DNA from: an uncultured Clostridia bacterium
GTDB lineage: Bacteria; Bacillota; Clostridia; Christensenellales; Borkfalkiaceae
Length of the DNA: 64,000 nucleotides
Reading direction: 5' to 3'
NCBI GenBank assembly: GCA_947627765.1
Contig: CANQXA010000003.1
Span: 12,713 to 76,712, forward strand
Below the pieces are notes generated by a model that saw nothing but the letters and a program-made list of their open reading frames with translations, was not told the origin of the DNA and ran no database searches. Position numbers and translations under genes: made by a program. Below, in pieces: positions 1 through 11,100 of the stretch. Position 1 is the stretch's first letter, and each line of letters begins with the position of its first letter.

Positions 1-824
1 GCCTTGACTTTCGCCGCCGAGATGAGCGCCTGGCCCGCACGGGGGCTCGCGCCGAGACGGACGTACTTTTTCGCCGCTTCGGAGGCGCACTCGCTGTCGG
101 GATGGGTCGCCGAGCAGAGGGTCATCGCATAGCGGAGGACCTCTTCGGAGACGGGGATCTGGTTGGCTGTCTTGCGCATTTCGAGCAGTTCCTCGCCCGT
201 GCAAGCGGCTTCTGCGACCTCTGCCATCGTCTTTTGGGTCATGTTGACGATCTCGAGCAGTTCGTCGAGGCTGGGATTGGGAACGAGCAGTTTGAACATG
301 AAGCGGTCCATCTGCGCCTCGGGGAGAGGATAGGTACCGTCCTGCTCGATGGGGTTCTGCGTCGCGAGGACGAAGAAGGGCTCATTGAGCTTTCTCGATA
401 CACCCATGACCGTGACGGTGTGCTCCTGCATCGCTTCGAGGAGGGCGGACTGCGTCTTAGGGGTCGCACGGTTGATCTCGTCGGCAAGGATGATGTTGCT
501 GAAGATCGGGCCGGGCTGGAAGCTGAACGTGGAGTTCCCGTTCTCGTCCTTTACGATGATGTTGGTCCCCGTGACGTCCGCCGGCATGAGGTCGGGCGTG
601 AACTGGATCCTCGAGAAGGGCAGATCGAACACTCTTCCGAGCGAGCGGACGAGCCTTGTCTTCCCGACGCCGGGGACGCCTTCCAACAAAACGTTGCCGC
701 CCGCGATCATCGCGATGACCGTACCCTCTACGACTTCCTTCTGCCCGATCATATCGCGGCTGAGCTGTTCGAAGATGTTCTTGCATTGGGTGCTGAATTT
801 GACGATGTTTTCTTCCGTCACCAT
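1..824 (-). CDS. MoxR-family AAA+ ATPase (partial; C-terminus runs off the left edge, so it is absent from the ORF track)
   Basis: Manual minus-strand translation from ATG at 824: MVTEENIVKF..MIGQKEVVEGTVIAMIAGGNVLLEGVPGVGKTRLV (Walker A) ..IILADEINRATPKTQSALLEAMQE (Walker B region) ..FFVLATQNPIEQDGTYPLPEAQMDRF. The frame stays open to position 1. Confidence 0.85.
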   Translation of the reverse strand, partial: MVTEENIVKFSTQCKNIFEQLSRDMIGQKEVVEGTVIAMIAGGNVLLEGVPGVGKTRLVRSLGRVFDLPFSRIQFTPDLMPADVTGTNIIVKDENGNSTFSFQPGPIFSNIILADEINRATPKTQSALLEAMQEHTVTVMGVSRKLNEPFFVLATQNPIEQDGTYPLPEAQMDRFMFKLLVPNPSLDELLEIVNMTQKTMAEVAEAACTGEELLEMRKTANQIPVSEEVLRYAMTLCSATHPDSECASEAAKKYVRLGASPRAGQALISAAKVK

Positions 825-848
825 GGTATTTTCTTCTCTCCTTTCAGG

Positions 849-1958
849 TTACTGAATCGTTTCGTAGTATGCTTCGACGAACGCTTTGAGTTCGGGGGGG
901 ATATCCTCGCCGTTCGCAAGGTATTCCATCGCCCTCTCGTAATACTCCTGCAACACGTCGCGGTAGTAGGTATCGCCGTCGAGGATCTGGTTGTTTTCAT
1001 TGTAAGTGCCGCCCGCGCCGTCGCCTTCCCCGCCTTCGCCCGGCTGTTCGCTCGGCTGGGGTTGGGGTTGCTGTTGTTGCTGACCCTCGCCGCCCTCGGA
1101 GGGAGCGTCCTGCGGCTGGTCGCCCTGGTCGCCCTCGCCTTCGCCTTGTTCGCTGTCTTCGCCTTGTTCGTCTTCGCCGTCGCCGCCTTCACCCGCGCCG
1201 CCTTCGCCGTCGCCGAGCTCCATGAAGACTGCCGTATACACCGTGTCCTCCTGAATATTCGTATCGGTGCGGGCGGGATCCTCCGATTCGTCCTCCGCCC
1301 AATACGCGAATATAAACCCGTCCTCGGCGACTGCGACCACGGTCGTTGCGTCTTCTCCGGGCAAGACGAGCTGTTCCGCCTCGCCCTCGATGTATCCGCC
1401 CTCTTCGGCGAGATAGCTCACGGCGTAGTAGGTATCGGGACGGAGATCTTCGATGACTTCGCCCCCCTTTGCGATCGCGCCCGAGGCGGCGAGCGAGGAG
1501 ACGGTGGTCATCGAGATGCCGAGCGCGCCGAAGACGGCGACGAGGACGATCGCCGCGCGGGAAAGTTTCATGGAGATGTTCTTCGTCTCCACGGTGCGCA
1601 GTTTTTCCTTGGCGTCCTCGCGCTGGCGCATTGCGATATACGATTCGTCGTTTTCGAGCTCGGTCATGGTGATGAGCCGTTCTTCGAGCCCGAGTTTATC
1701 GATCCTGCGTGCGATCGCCTTCGCCGTCGGGCGGAACTTCTTCGCATAGAGCAGGGGGACGGCGACGCCGCCCGCGAGTACTCCCGCGCCGATCGAAAGA
1801 AGGATGACCGCATAGAGCGGAAGATCGACAAACCACAACACGAGCGCCACGACAAACAGCGCGGCGAACGCGATGATGAGTCCCGAAATAATTGCCTTGA
1901 TCAAGCCCTCGTGCGCAAGACGGTCGTAGTATTTTTCAAACGTTTTTTTTGCTTCCAT
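849..1958 (-). CDS. Membrane protein with three N-terminal-half TM segments, a Listeria-Bacteroides (InlB B-repeat-like) module and an acidic G/E/D/Q low-complexity linker. Sits immediately upstream of MoxR.
   Basis: 369-aa ORF. Hydrophobic helices GLIIAFAALFVVALVLWFV, AVILLSIGAGVLAGGVAVPLL, AAIVLVAVFGALGISM. Motif GFIFAYWAED..DTVYTAVF. Stop is 24 nt before the MoxR ATG. Confidence 0.7.
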   Translation of the reverse strand: MEAKKTFEKYYDRLAHEGLIKAIISGLIIAFAALFVVALVLWFVDLPLYAVILLSIGAGVLAGGVAVPLLYAKKFRPTAKAIARRIDKLGLEERLITMTELENDESYIAMRQREDAKEKLRTVETKNISMKLSRAAIVLVAVFGALGISMTTVSSLAASGAIAKGGEVIEDLRPDTYYAVSYLAEEGGYIEGEAEQLVLPGEDATTVVAVAEDGFIFAYWAEDESEDPARTDTNIQEDTVYTAVFMELGDGEGGAGEGGDGEDEQGEDSEQGEGEGDQGDQPQDAPSEGGEGQQQQQPQPQPSEQPGEGGEGDGAGGTYNENNQILDGDTYYRDVLQEYYERAMEYLANGEDIPPELKAFVEAYYETIQ

Positions 1959-2006
1959 ACAGACCTCCCGTTACCATTATATTTACGAGATAAGTTTAGC
2001 GGTATA

Positions 2007-2036
2007 ATTATACCATTTCTATGCAAGCCATGTCAA
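2007..2036 (-). promoter_or_regulatory. Candidate sigma-A promoter for the membrane-protein/MoxR operon
   Basis: Minus strand reads TTGACA (2036-2031), 18 nt, TGgTATAAT (-10 at 2012-2007). The -10 lies inside the perfect palindrome GGTATAATTATACC (2001-2014). The -35 lies inside ATGTCA-7-TGACAT. Confidence 0.4.
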
Positions 2037-2060
2037 ATCAAATGACATCATAACTTTGTG

Positions 2061-2096
2061 AAAAAATATTCACCGGCCGAAAAATTCGACCGGTGA
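2061..2096 (-). terminator. Intrinsic terminator downstream of the giant LRR gene
   Basis: Hairpin TCACCGG-c-CGAA aaa TTCG-a-CCGGTGA (2070-2096), followed on the minus strand by a T-run (plus-strand A-run 2061-2066). Confidence 0.5.
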
Positions 2097-2148
2097 AGGG
2101 ATTTTTTGGAACAGGATCCGCTATTCAGGCGGAGATCCGCCCGTTGGA

Positions 2149-5100
2149 TCAGTCTGCGGCCCCGTTTTCGGGTGCGAATACGATATTCGCATTGCAGTCC
2201 TTTCTCCAATCCGTGTGCCAACCGGTGTTGGAGGCCGTGCGTGCGGGGATCTCGCTCTCTTTGATCCCGAAGGTGATGGTGGTAGTTTGGGTCAAGCCCT
2301 TGAAGGCTTCGGCGTCGATGGTCGAAACGGACTCGAACGTCAGGCTCGTGAGCGCAACGCATCCCTCGAACACGCTCGATTCGATCTTCTGCGGCTTGGC
2401 GTTGAGATTTTCGATCGTCGCGAGCTTCTCGCAGTTCTGGAAGAGGCCGTTCGGCATGATGGTGGTCTTCGAAGCGCCTTGGACGAAGGTGACCTTCGTA
2501 AGCTCATGGCACTCCGCGAACTGATGGCCGTAGGCGTTCCCTTCCCTGTTGGTGGTGAGGCAGATGTCACCCTCGAACTTGACCGTCGTAACGCCGCTCT
2601 GATAGAAGGCGTAGGCGTTCATGTTGTCGAACCCTGTTACGATGGTGACGTCGCCGAGCGCTTTGGTCCCCGCGAAGGCGTACGCCTCGATGAGACTGCT
2701 CGATGCGACCGTAGTCGGGAAGACGGTACTCTTGAGCTTCTCGCAACCGTCGAAGCAGTGAAGACGGAAGTAGAACCTGCTCGCCGTCTCCTTCTGCAAG
2801 GTGACGTCGGTCAGCTCGGTGCAACCGTAGAAGGCGTAATTGGAGACGTCGACCACTTTCGGGATATTTACCGTCTTGAGCGAGGTACAGCCGTAGAAGG
2901 CGTAGTCGCCGAGCGTGGTAAGCCCCGATGCCGAGAAGTTTTGAAGCGAGGTACAGCCGTAGAAGGCGTTCTTGCCCATGGAAATGAGCGTGTCGGGCAC
3001 GGTGACCTCGGTCAGCTCTTCGCAACCGCTGAAGATGCCGCTTGCCGAACTGCTTGTCGTACCCATGGCGGTGATCCCTTCGGCGATCTTCGCGGTCTTG
3101 AGCGACTTGCAGTCCTTGAAGGTCTCGGAGTTGAGACCGAGCGGAGGAACTCCCTTGATGTCCACGGAGGTAATGCCGCTCCCCTCGAAGGCGTTGGAGC
3201 CGAGGACGGTGACCTTTTCGCCGATCGTAAGTTCGATCGCGAGCGAAGAGGTCTTGCGGAAGGACCAAGACGAAATCGTGATGATCTCATCGTGGAAGGT
3301 AACATTCGTGAGACCCGTGCAACCGTCGAACGCGTAGGTCGGGATCGTCTTCAACGTGGACGGGATCTCGAAGCGCTGGAGCTCGACGTCGTTCTGGAAT
3401 GCCGCAGAGCCGAGCGAAATGAGCCCTTGCCCTTCTTCGAGATGATCGTAACCCGTGAAGATCACGTTGCGGAGCGACGTGCTGTCCGCAAAGGCGGTAG
3501 CGCCGATCGTCGTGACGGAGGCGGGGATGGTGATGTCGGTCAGTGCGGTCTTGCGGAAGGCGTCCGCCGCGATCTCGGTGACCGTCGAAGGCACGGTGTA
3601 GGAGCCCGTCTTCGAGGTAGGATAGGAGAGGAGAACCGTCTGATTGTTGCCGAGGAGGGCGCCGTCGCTATCCATATAGTAGTAGGTGTTGCCCTGCTCG
3701 AATTCCACGGACTGTACGCCGTAGAACGGGTTGTTCCCGAGTTCACGGACGGTGTTGGGAACGGTGAGCTTTTCGAGCTTGGTGCAGCCCGAGAACGCGC
3801 TGTCGCCGATGCTGACGAGGCCCCTCGTCAGGGAGATCTTCGTGAGACCCGCGTTGAGGAACGCGCTGTTGCCGATCGATTCCACACTGGTGGGAAGCAC
3901 GATGTCGGCAAGGGCGTAATTGTTACGGAACATATTGTCGGGGATCGACGTGATGTTCTGGGAGAGGGTGACGTCGGCGAGCTGTTCGCAACCGTTGAAG
4001 ATGTCCGTGCCGAGTTCGGTAACCGTATCGGGCATCTTGATCGCGGTGAGCGACGTGTTGTTCAGGAAGGAGCTCTTGCCGATCGTCTTCAATTTCTCGG
4101 GCAGGGTCACGGTTTTGAGCCCTGTGCATCCCGTGAACGCCGTATCGCCGATCGATTCGAGCGTGCCGCCCGCCTCGAAGGTTACAGTCTGAAGTTTCGC
4201 GTCGTTCTGGAAGATCATGCCGCTCGTTCCGCCGAAGGTGGTGACGGTGTTGGGGATCGAGATCTCCTCGAGCTCTTGGCAGTTCGCAAACGCGCTGGAG
4301 CTGATGATCTCAACCTTGCCGAGCCCGATGCTCCGAAGGGTGCTGCGGGAGAAGGCCATGCTCTTGATCTCCTTCACGCTGTCGGGAAGGTCGATGGTGT
4401 CGATCTTCGCCGTATCGAAGGCGGAAATGCCGATTACGGACACCGTGGCATGGTCTTCGAAGATGAACTCTTCGATCCCCGCGCAGAAGAACATCCTGTC
4501 CGCGATCTTCGCGGCGCGGGCGGGGAAGACAAACGTCTTGAGCGCGGTACAGCCTGCGAAGACGCCCGCCGAGTAGCCCGACGTAAGACCAGAGGCGCTG
4601 TCCGAGAAGGTGAGCGTAGCGGTGCCGCTCGCGAAGTTGACCGTTTCGAGCTGAAGGCAGTTTGCAAACGCCGCCCGACAGATATTGGTGACGGAGGCGG
4701 GAATGGTGATCTCCTTGATCGCCGTGCCCTCGAACATCTGCTGGTTGATCACGGTCAGCTGGGAAGGATGTTCTTCGTCGCCGAAGGTCACTTCCCGAAG
4801 GGCGGTGCACTTCTGGAAGACGTTGGTAGACGACGACGTCGCCGTCGCACTCGCAGAGCCGAGGATGGTGATCGTAGAAGGCAGGTGGAAGGTTTCGAGC
4901 GCCGTACAACCTGAGAACACGTAAGTGCCGATCTCTTTGAGGGAAGTCCCTTCGGGCAGGGTCACCGTGGTGAGCGCCGTGCAACTTGCGAGGCTGTAAT
5001 TGGGCAGTTTTTCGACCTTGCACCCTTCTTCGAGCTCGAACGTCTGGAGGTTGGGGCTGTAATATGCAAGATAATTGCAGAGATACTTTGTACGGGCAGG

Positions 5101-8100
5101 GAGCTTGAGGGTGGTCAGCGAGGTGTACGCGAATACCCTACCTGTGGTGTTGACAGGGGTCGACGTCGTGCCGCTGCCGATCATCAAGTCTGCGGTGCCT
5201 TCGGCGAAGATCACTTCGCTGAGGGAGCCGATGTCGTCCACCGAGTTGCCGCCCGCCAAGGCGTAGTTCTGGATGCAGGTGACGGTACCGGCGATCGTGA
5301 GCTTCTGGATCTTCTTGTGCTTGTAGAAAGCGCCCTGGAAGATGATCGCGGTGCCTTCGGGAACGGTGTAGTCCCCTTCCTTGCCCATCGGGTAAGTGTA
5401 AAGGGTCGAGCCGTCCTTGCTGAAGAGCACGCCTTCCTTGGATTGAAGGGCGGGATTGCCGTCGGCGACCTTGATGTTCTGAAGCCCCGTGCAACCTGCG
5501 AAGGCATAGGAAGGAAGATATGCGGACGTGGAAGGCGTTGCCCAGAAGGGATTGACGCTCGCCGTCGGAGCGGGAACGCCCGCGCCGAGGGTGATCTCTT
5601 CGAGCCCGGTGCAGTTGCCGAAGCTGTAATTCCCGAAGGACTTCACATTGTTCGGCACCGTGAACTTCGCAAGAGAGGTGCAGTTGATGAACGCGGAGAC
5701 CCCGATCGTAGCGAGCTTGCTATCCGCAACTTCGGAATCGTCTTCGCCGAACTGTACGGTTTCGAGCGCGCCGCAGTTCGCAAAGGTGAAGTTTGCGATC
5801 GCGACGATGTTCTTGGAGAGGGTGACCTTTTGGAGCTTGGGATTGCTCGAGAAGACGCCGCAGACCTGCGTGCTCGTACCGATACCGCCCGAAGGAGCGG
5901 TTGCGGAGCAGGCGATCGCGAGGCTTGCCGTGCCGTTCTGGAAGACGACTTCCTGCAAGTTGGGGCAAGCCGCGAACGCGCCGTAGGTCGTACCGCCCGC
6001 ACCTGCGCCGCTGATCTGCGTCAAGTTCTTGGGAAGGGTGACCTTGGAGATCCCCGACTTGGCGAACGCGCCGTAGGCGATCGTCTGAATGGTATCGGGA
6101 AGGACGAGGTCGCCGCTGAGCTCCGCGCAGTCCTCGAATGCGGAGGTGCCGATGCTCGTGATCCCCTCGGGAAGGACGAGCGACTTGATTCCGCTCCCCT
6201 TGAACGTGTTGTTCTCGATCTTGGTGAGCTTGCTGTTCTCATCGTCTACGCCAAGGAAGGTGACCGTTGCAAGATTTGAGGTCCCTTCGAAGGCGGCGGC
6301 GGCGATCGTCGTGGTCTGCGCGGGGACGGTAAACGCCGTGATCCCGGAGTTCTCGAAGGCGCGGGTCGCGATCTGGAAGGTCTCGGCGATCACTGTGCCC
6401 TTGAATTCGAACGTGGTGAGCTCGGCAGTCGACGAGAACGCGTACTGCCCGATGTATGCGAGTTTGCTGTTCTCCGCAATCTCGACTTTGGTGATAGCAA
6501 GGTCGCGGAAGGTATTGCTACCGATATGGGTAACGTTGGCAGGGATCGAGATCTCGCCCGCCAGCTTGGTGCCGCGGAAGATATCGCCGCTGCAGCTTCC
6601 GTCGTTGTAGACCGTGCCGAGCGCGAGCGTCACATTTTCCTTAGAGTATTCGGGGAAGGAGAAAGACGTAAGCTCGGAGCCGTTGAATGCGTACATTCCG
6701 ATGACGCTCAAGCGGGAAGGAGCCTCCGCACTGCTCTTGAAGGTGACCGTTTGGATCTTCGCTTCGAAGAACGCATAGTCGCCAAGGGTCGTGAGACGGG
6801 CGGGGAATTCGACCGTCGTGAACGACGTGTTCTGGAATGCGCCCTGATGCTCGTTGGCGCTGATCGTATTGCCCTCGATGACGAGGTCGAACGTGCCGCC
6901 TTCTTGGAAGGTGAGCCCCGAGATCTTCGAGTTGAAGAAAGCGCCCGCGCCGATCTTGGAGACGGTGTTCGGGATCTCGGCTGTGCCTTCGAACCCTTCG
7001 GGGACGTAGACGAGCGTCGAACCGTTTTCTTCGTCTTTGAGGTAGAGCGCGCCCGACGCGGCAGAGTACGCGCCGCCGTCCTCTACGGTGATAGTCTTAA
7101 GGCTTGCGCAGTCGAAGAATGCGCTCGGAGCAAATCCTTCGCTGAACTTGCCTTTTTCGTCGTACGCCGTCGCTTTCAACGTCGAAGGAAGTTTGACCGT
7201 CGTGAACTCGTTGCCGCTGAACGCGTATTCGCCGATGGTCTCCACGCCCTCGCCGAGGGTAAGCGCGGTGATCTTCGCGTCCTTGAAGGCGTACTGCCCG
7301 ATCGTCTTGACATTGCCGGGGATGTTGAGTTCGCCGAGCTCGGTCCCCTCGAAGGCGCTCTCAAGGACGGTGATCTCGTTCTTACCGAAGTTGACGGTAT
7401 GAAGCGCGGTGATGCCCTCGAATGCGCTCATACCGATCACGGTCTTCGCGCCGAAGGTCACGCTTTCAAGCTGGGTGCAACCCTTGAAGACGGAACCCGT
7501 CGAGCTCGTCTTGGAGCCGAGGGTAAGCTCGACTTCGGTCCCCTCTTCGGGCGTTCCGAAGGTCACGGTCTTGAGCTCGGTGCAGTTCTGGAATGCGGTG
7601 TTGCCGATCGAGGTCAGTGCTCCGGGGAGGGTGATCTCGGTGAGCGCGGTACCGGAGAAGGCGTTCTTGCCGATCGTCGTAACGCAATCGGGAACGTCGA
7701 TCGTATTAAACGCGGTACAGCCGCTGAAGATGTTATCCGGGAACGCGTTGTAGGCATAGTCCGCCGCAAACGTGACGCTTGCAAGCTGTAAGCTGTTCTG
7801 GAAAGCTCCGTCGGCAAGGCTCGTGATCGTCTTGGGAAGCTCGATCGTGGTGAGCCCGCTGTTCGCGAAGGATTGCTTGCCGATCGTGGTGAGCCCTTCG
7901 GGAAGCGTAAGAGACGTGAGGCCCGTCGTCGCGCTGAACGCGTTGTCGCCGATCGTCGTAACGGTGGAAGGAATCTCAAGAGACGTGAGATTATCGTTGC
8001 CTTGGAAGGCCTTCGCGCCGATCTCGGCGAGCTGGCTCGGATGATCTTTGTCGCCGAAGGTGACGGTGTGAGGTTTCACGCCGGTGCCCGAGCCGAACAC

Positions 8101-11100
8101 AGTTGCGGGCCATGCCGTCATGTGAGCGGGGAAGTGGACCTCTTCGAGGCTGTTGCAAGCGCTGAGAAGGCTTGCGCCGATCGTAAGATCCGTGCCGCCC
8201 TCCTCGAAGGTAAGCTTGGTGATTTTGGTGTAACCGAACGCCTGCGCGCCGATCGAGGTAACGCTCTTGGGGATCTTGATCTCGCCCCTGATGAGGCTGG
8301 TCCCGCTGATCTGGTTGACCACATACTCGGGGATCGTCGTCACGCCCTCTTCGACCGTGAACGTCACGTCGTACTGAGGGTCTGCGATGTCTTCATCGGT
8401 GAGTTTCTGATCGTTCTTGAGATAGTCGTAGTAGAGGGACCAATAGTAAGCGCGTGCGCCGTATTCGATCCCCTCCTTGATCGTGATATTTTTGATCGCG
8501 GTGTTCGCAAAGGCGTAATCGCCGATGTAGGTGACCGTATCGGGGATCACGAACTCGGTGAGGTGCGCACAGCCGATGAAGGCGCTCTTGCCGATGTATT
8601 CGAGCTGGCTCGGGTGCTCCGCGTCGCCGATGGTGACCGTCGTGAGCGCGCTGTGGCCCCCCAAAGTCGTCCAAGAGGAAGTGCTCGTGGAGGACGACGT
8701 CATCATGACGAATCCTTCGGGAATCTTCTTCACGCGTGCGGGAAGGTGCATCTCAACGAGGGCTTCGCAATCGTCGAACTGACGCCCGCTGTTGCTCGAA
8801 GCGTTCTGCGTGGCGAAGACAAGCTCCTCTTCCCCGCCCTCTTCGAAGGTAACCTTTTCCAAGGAATACATCCGATAGAATGCCTGGTAAGCGATCTTGG
8901 TCACACTCTTGGGAATGATGAGTTCGGTAAAGCCGGTGTTGTTGAAGATGTTCGCCCCGATTTCGGTGACGGTCTCGGGAATGGTGAACGCACCCGTGCG
9001 CCCGAGCGGGACCCAAATGATCTTGGTGATCTCGTGATCGTAGAGGACGCCGTCCCAAACCTTGAGGTAAGGGCTATCGTCGGCGACCGTTACGGTCGCA
9101 AGATTGGAGCAACCCGCGAAGATCCCGGAGGGGAAGTCCTTCACGTTCTTGGAGATATGGACTTCGGCGAGGTTGGTGCAGTTCTGGAACACGTTCGTGC
9201 CGAAGGTGGTGGTATCGTTCTCATCGGAACTGCCGTCGATGGTCGCCGTGAGCAGACCGGAGCAGTCCTTGAAGGCTTCCTTGCCCACTGCGCGGACGGT
9301 GGAAGGAAGGACGATCGCATTCAATTTGAAGCAACCCATGAAGGCTTGCTCGCCGATCTCTTTGACCTTGCTACCCTCTTCGAAGGTGACGGTCGTGAGA
9401 GCGGTGCAGGCGCGCTGACCCGTAATGCCGCCGCCGCTGAACGCCGCCTTGCCGATGGTCACATCGCCCGTTACGACGTCGCCCTTAAAGGTGATCGTCT
9501 CGATCGCGGTGCAGTTGCGGAACGCGCCCTCGCCGATCGACGTGATAAATCCGGGGAAGATGATCTCGGTGATCTTCGAGCAGTTGTCGAAGGCGCTCGC
9601 GCCGATGGCTTTGACCGTCGTCCCCTCAAATGCGGCGAAGTTGAACACGCCCTCGCGCGATCTCGGGCAGAAGAGAATGGTCTCTTTTTCGGCGTCGGTC
9701 ACGATGCCGTCGATGGAGGCATAGTGCTGATTGCCCTCCTCGATGTTCAAACGGGCGAGTTTGCCGCAGTTGGTGAAGATCGTAGCGAAGGTGACCCCAT
9801 CGCCAAGCTCGTTGAGGTGCGCGGGGAAGGTGATCTCTTCGAGCGCGTCGCAATAGTAGAAGGCTTTGCCCGCGACCGAGAGCCCATCCGCCGCCCCACC
9901 GCTCTGGGCGGCGATGAAGGTAACGGTCTGGAGCTGGCGGGTCTGATAGAACGCGTTGGGTTCGATGGTCTTCACGCTCGCGGGGATGGTAACGGAAGTG
10001 AGCACGGCGCCTGCGAAGACGCGTTCGGGAAGGACCCAAACGCCGTCGGGCACGGTGTAGCTGCCCGTCCTGCCCACGGGGAAGAAGACGAGGCGCATCG
10101 TGCGGGTGTGGGAATCGTCGTCCGCGAAGCGCTCGATGATCGCGCCGCCGTCGGAGTAGTAATTCGCCTGCGAATGGTCGGAGACCAGCGAGGATTCGTA
10201 CACGGTATAGCCCGTGACGCCGGTGCAGTTGTAGAACGCGTTGGAAGCGATGACTTCGACGCTGTCGGGGATCTCGATGCTCTTAAGGTTGGTGCAGTCG
10301 CGGAAGGCGAGCGCGTCGATGACGAGCACGGGCTGGCCGTCGTGCGTCTCGGGAATGCGCACGCCGTCTACCACGGCGATACCGGGGCCCTGCCGCACGG
10401 CAAAGCCCGTCTTTCCGCCCTCTTCCACGGGATCGAAGTCGAGCACGTTCGCCCAATAAGCATAGACGGTGACGTCGCCCGCGACCGACCAAACGTCGAG
10501 GCCCTTGCCGAAACGGTCGGTATACGGGGTGCCGCTTCCGCCGGTGTGGCTGTACCACCCGTAGAAGTTATACGAGGTATCGGTGTTGGAGGGAACTTCG
10601 AATTCGAAGGGTTCGCCGTAGGTGACGGTCGCGGAGCCCGAAGTGCCCGCCGCGTCGTCGGCGAAATATGTAATGGTGTACTGCTCGGGCGTCCAGTTGG
10701 CGTAGAGCATCATGGGACCGATGCCCGTGAAGGTCTCGTCGAGATATTCGGCGCCGTTGCCTGCCGCGCCGCCGGGCGCGTTGTACCAACCCGAGAGCTT
10801 ATAGCCCTCGCGGGTCGATTCGGGAAGAGTGACTTTGTCGCCGTAAGCGACGTAGACGGGATCGACGGGCGTTCCCGAAAGCGGATTGAACTCCACGGCA
10901 TACGCAGTCACCGTGACGCTCGCCCAATCGGAGAAGGTGGTACCGTCGAAATAGCGGACGTAGAGAACGTTCTCCCCCGCCTTGGTGAGCGCGGTCTCGA
11001 GGTAGTTTTGGCCGCCCTCCACTTCGGTGATCTTGCCGTCGTTTACGCGCACCTCATAGCGGAGCGCACCCACGACATGGGGCCAAGTAAGCAGGTTGTG

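Noticed and set aside
102-2045. 647-aa + strand ORF
   Set aside because: Antisense to the MoxR ATPase and its membrane partner. The minus-strand frames carry Walker motifs and TM helices.
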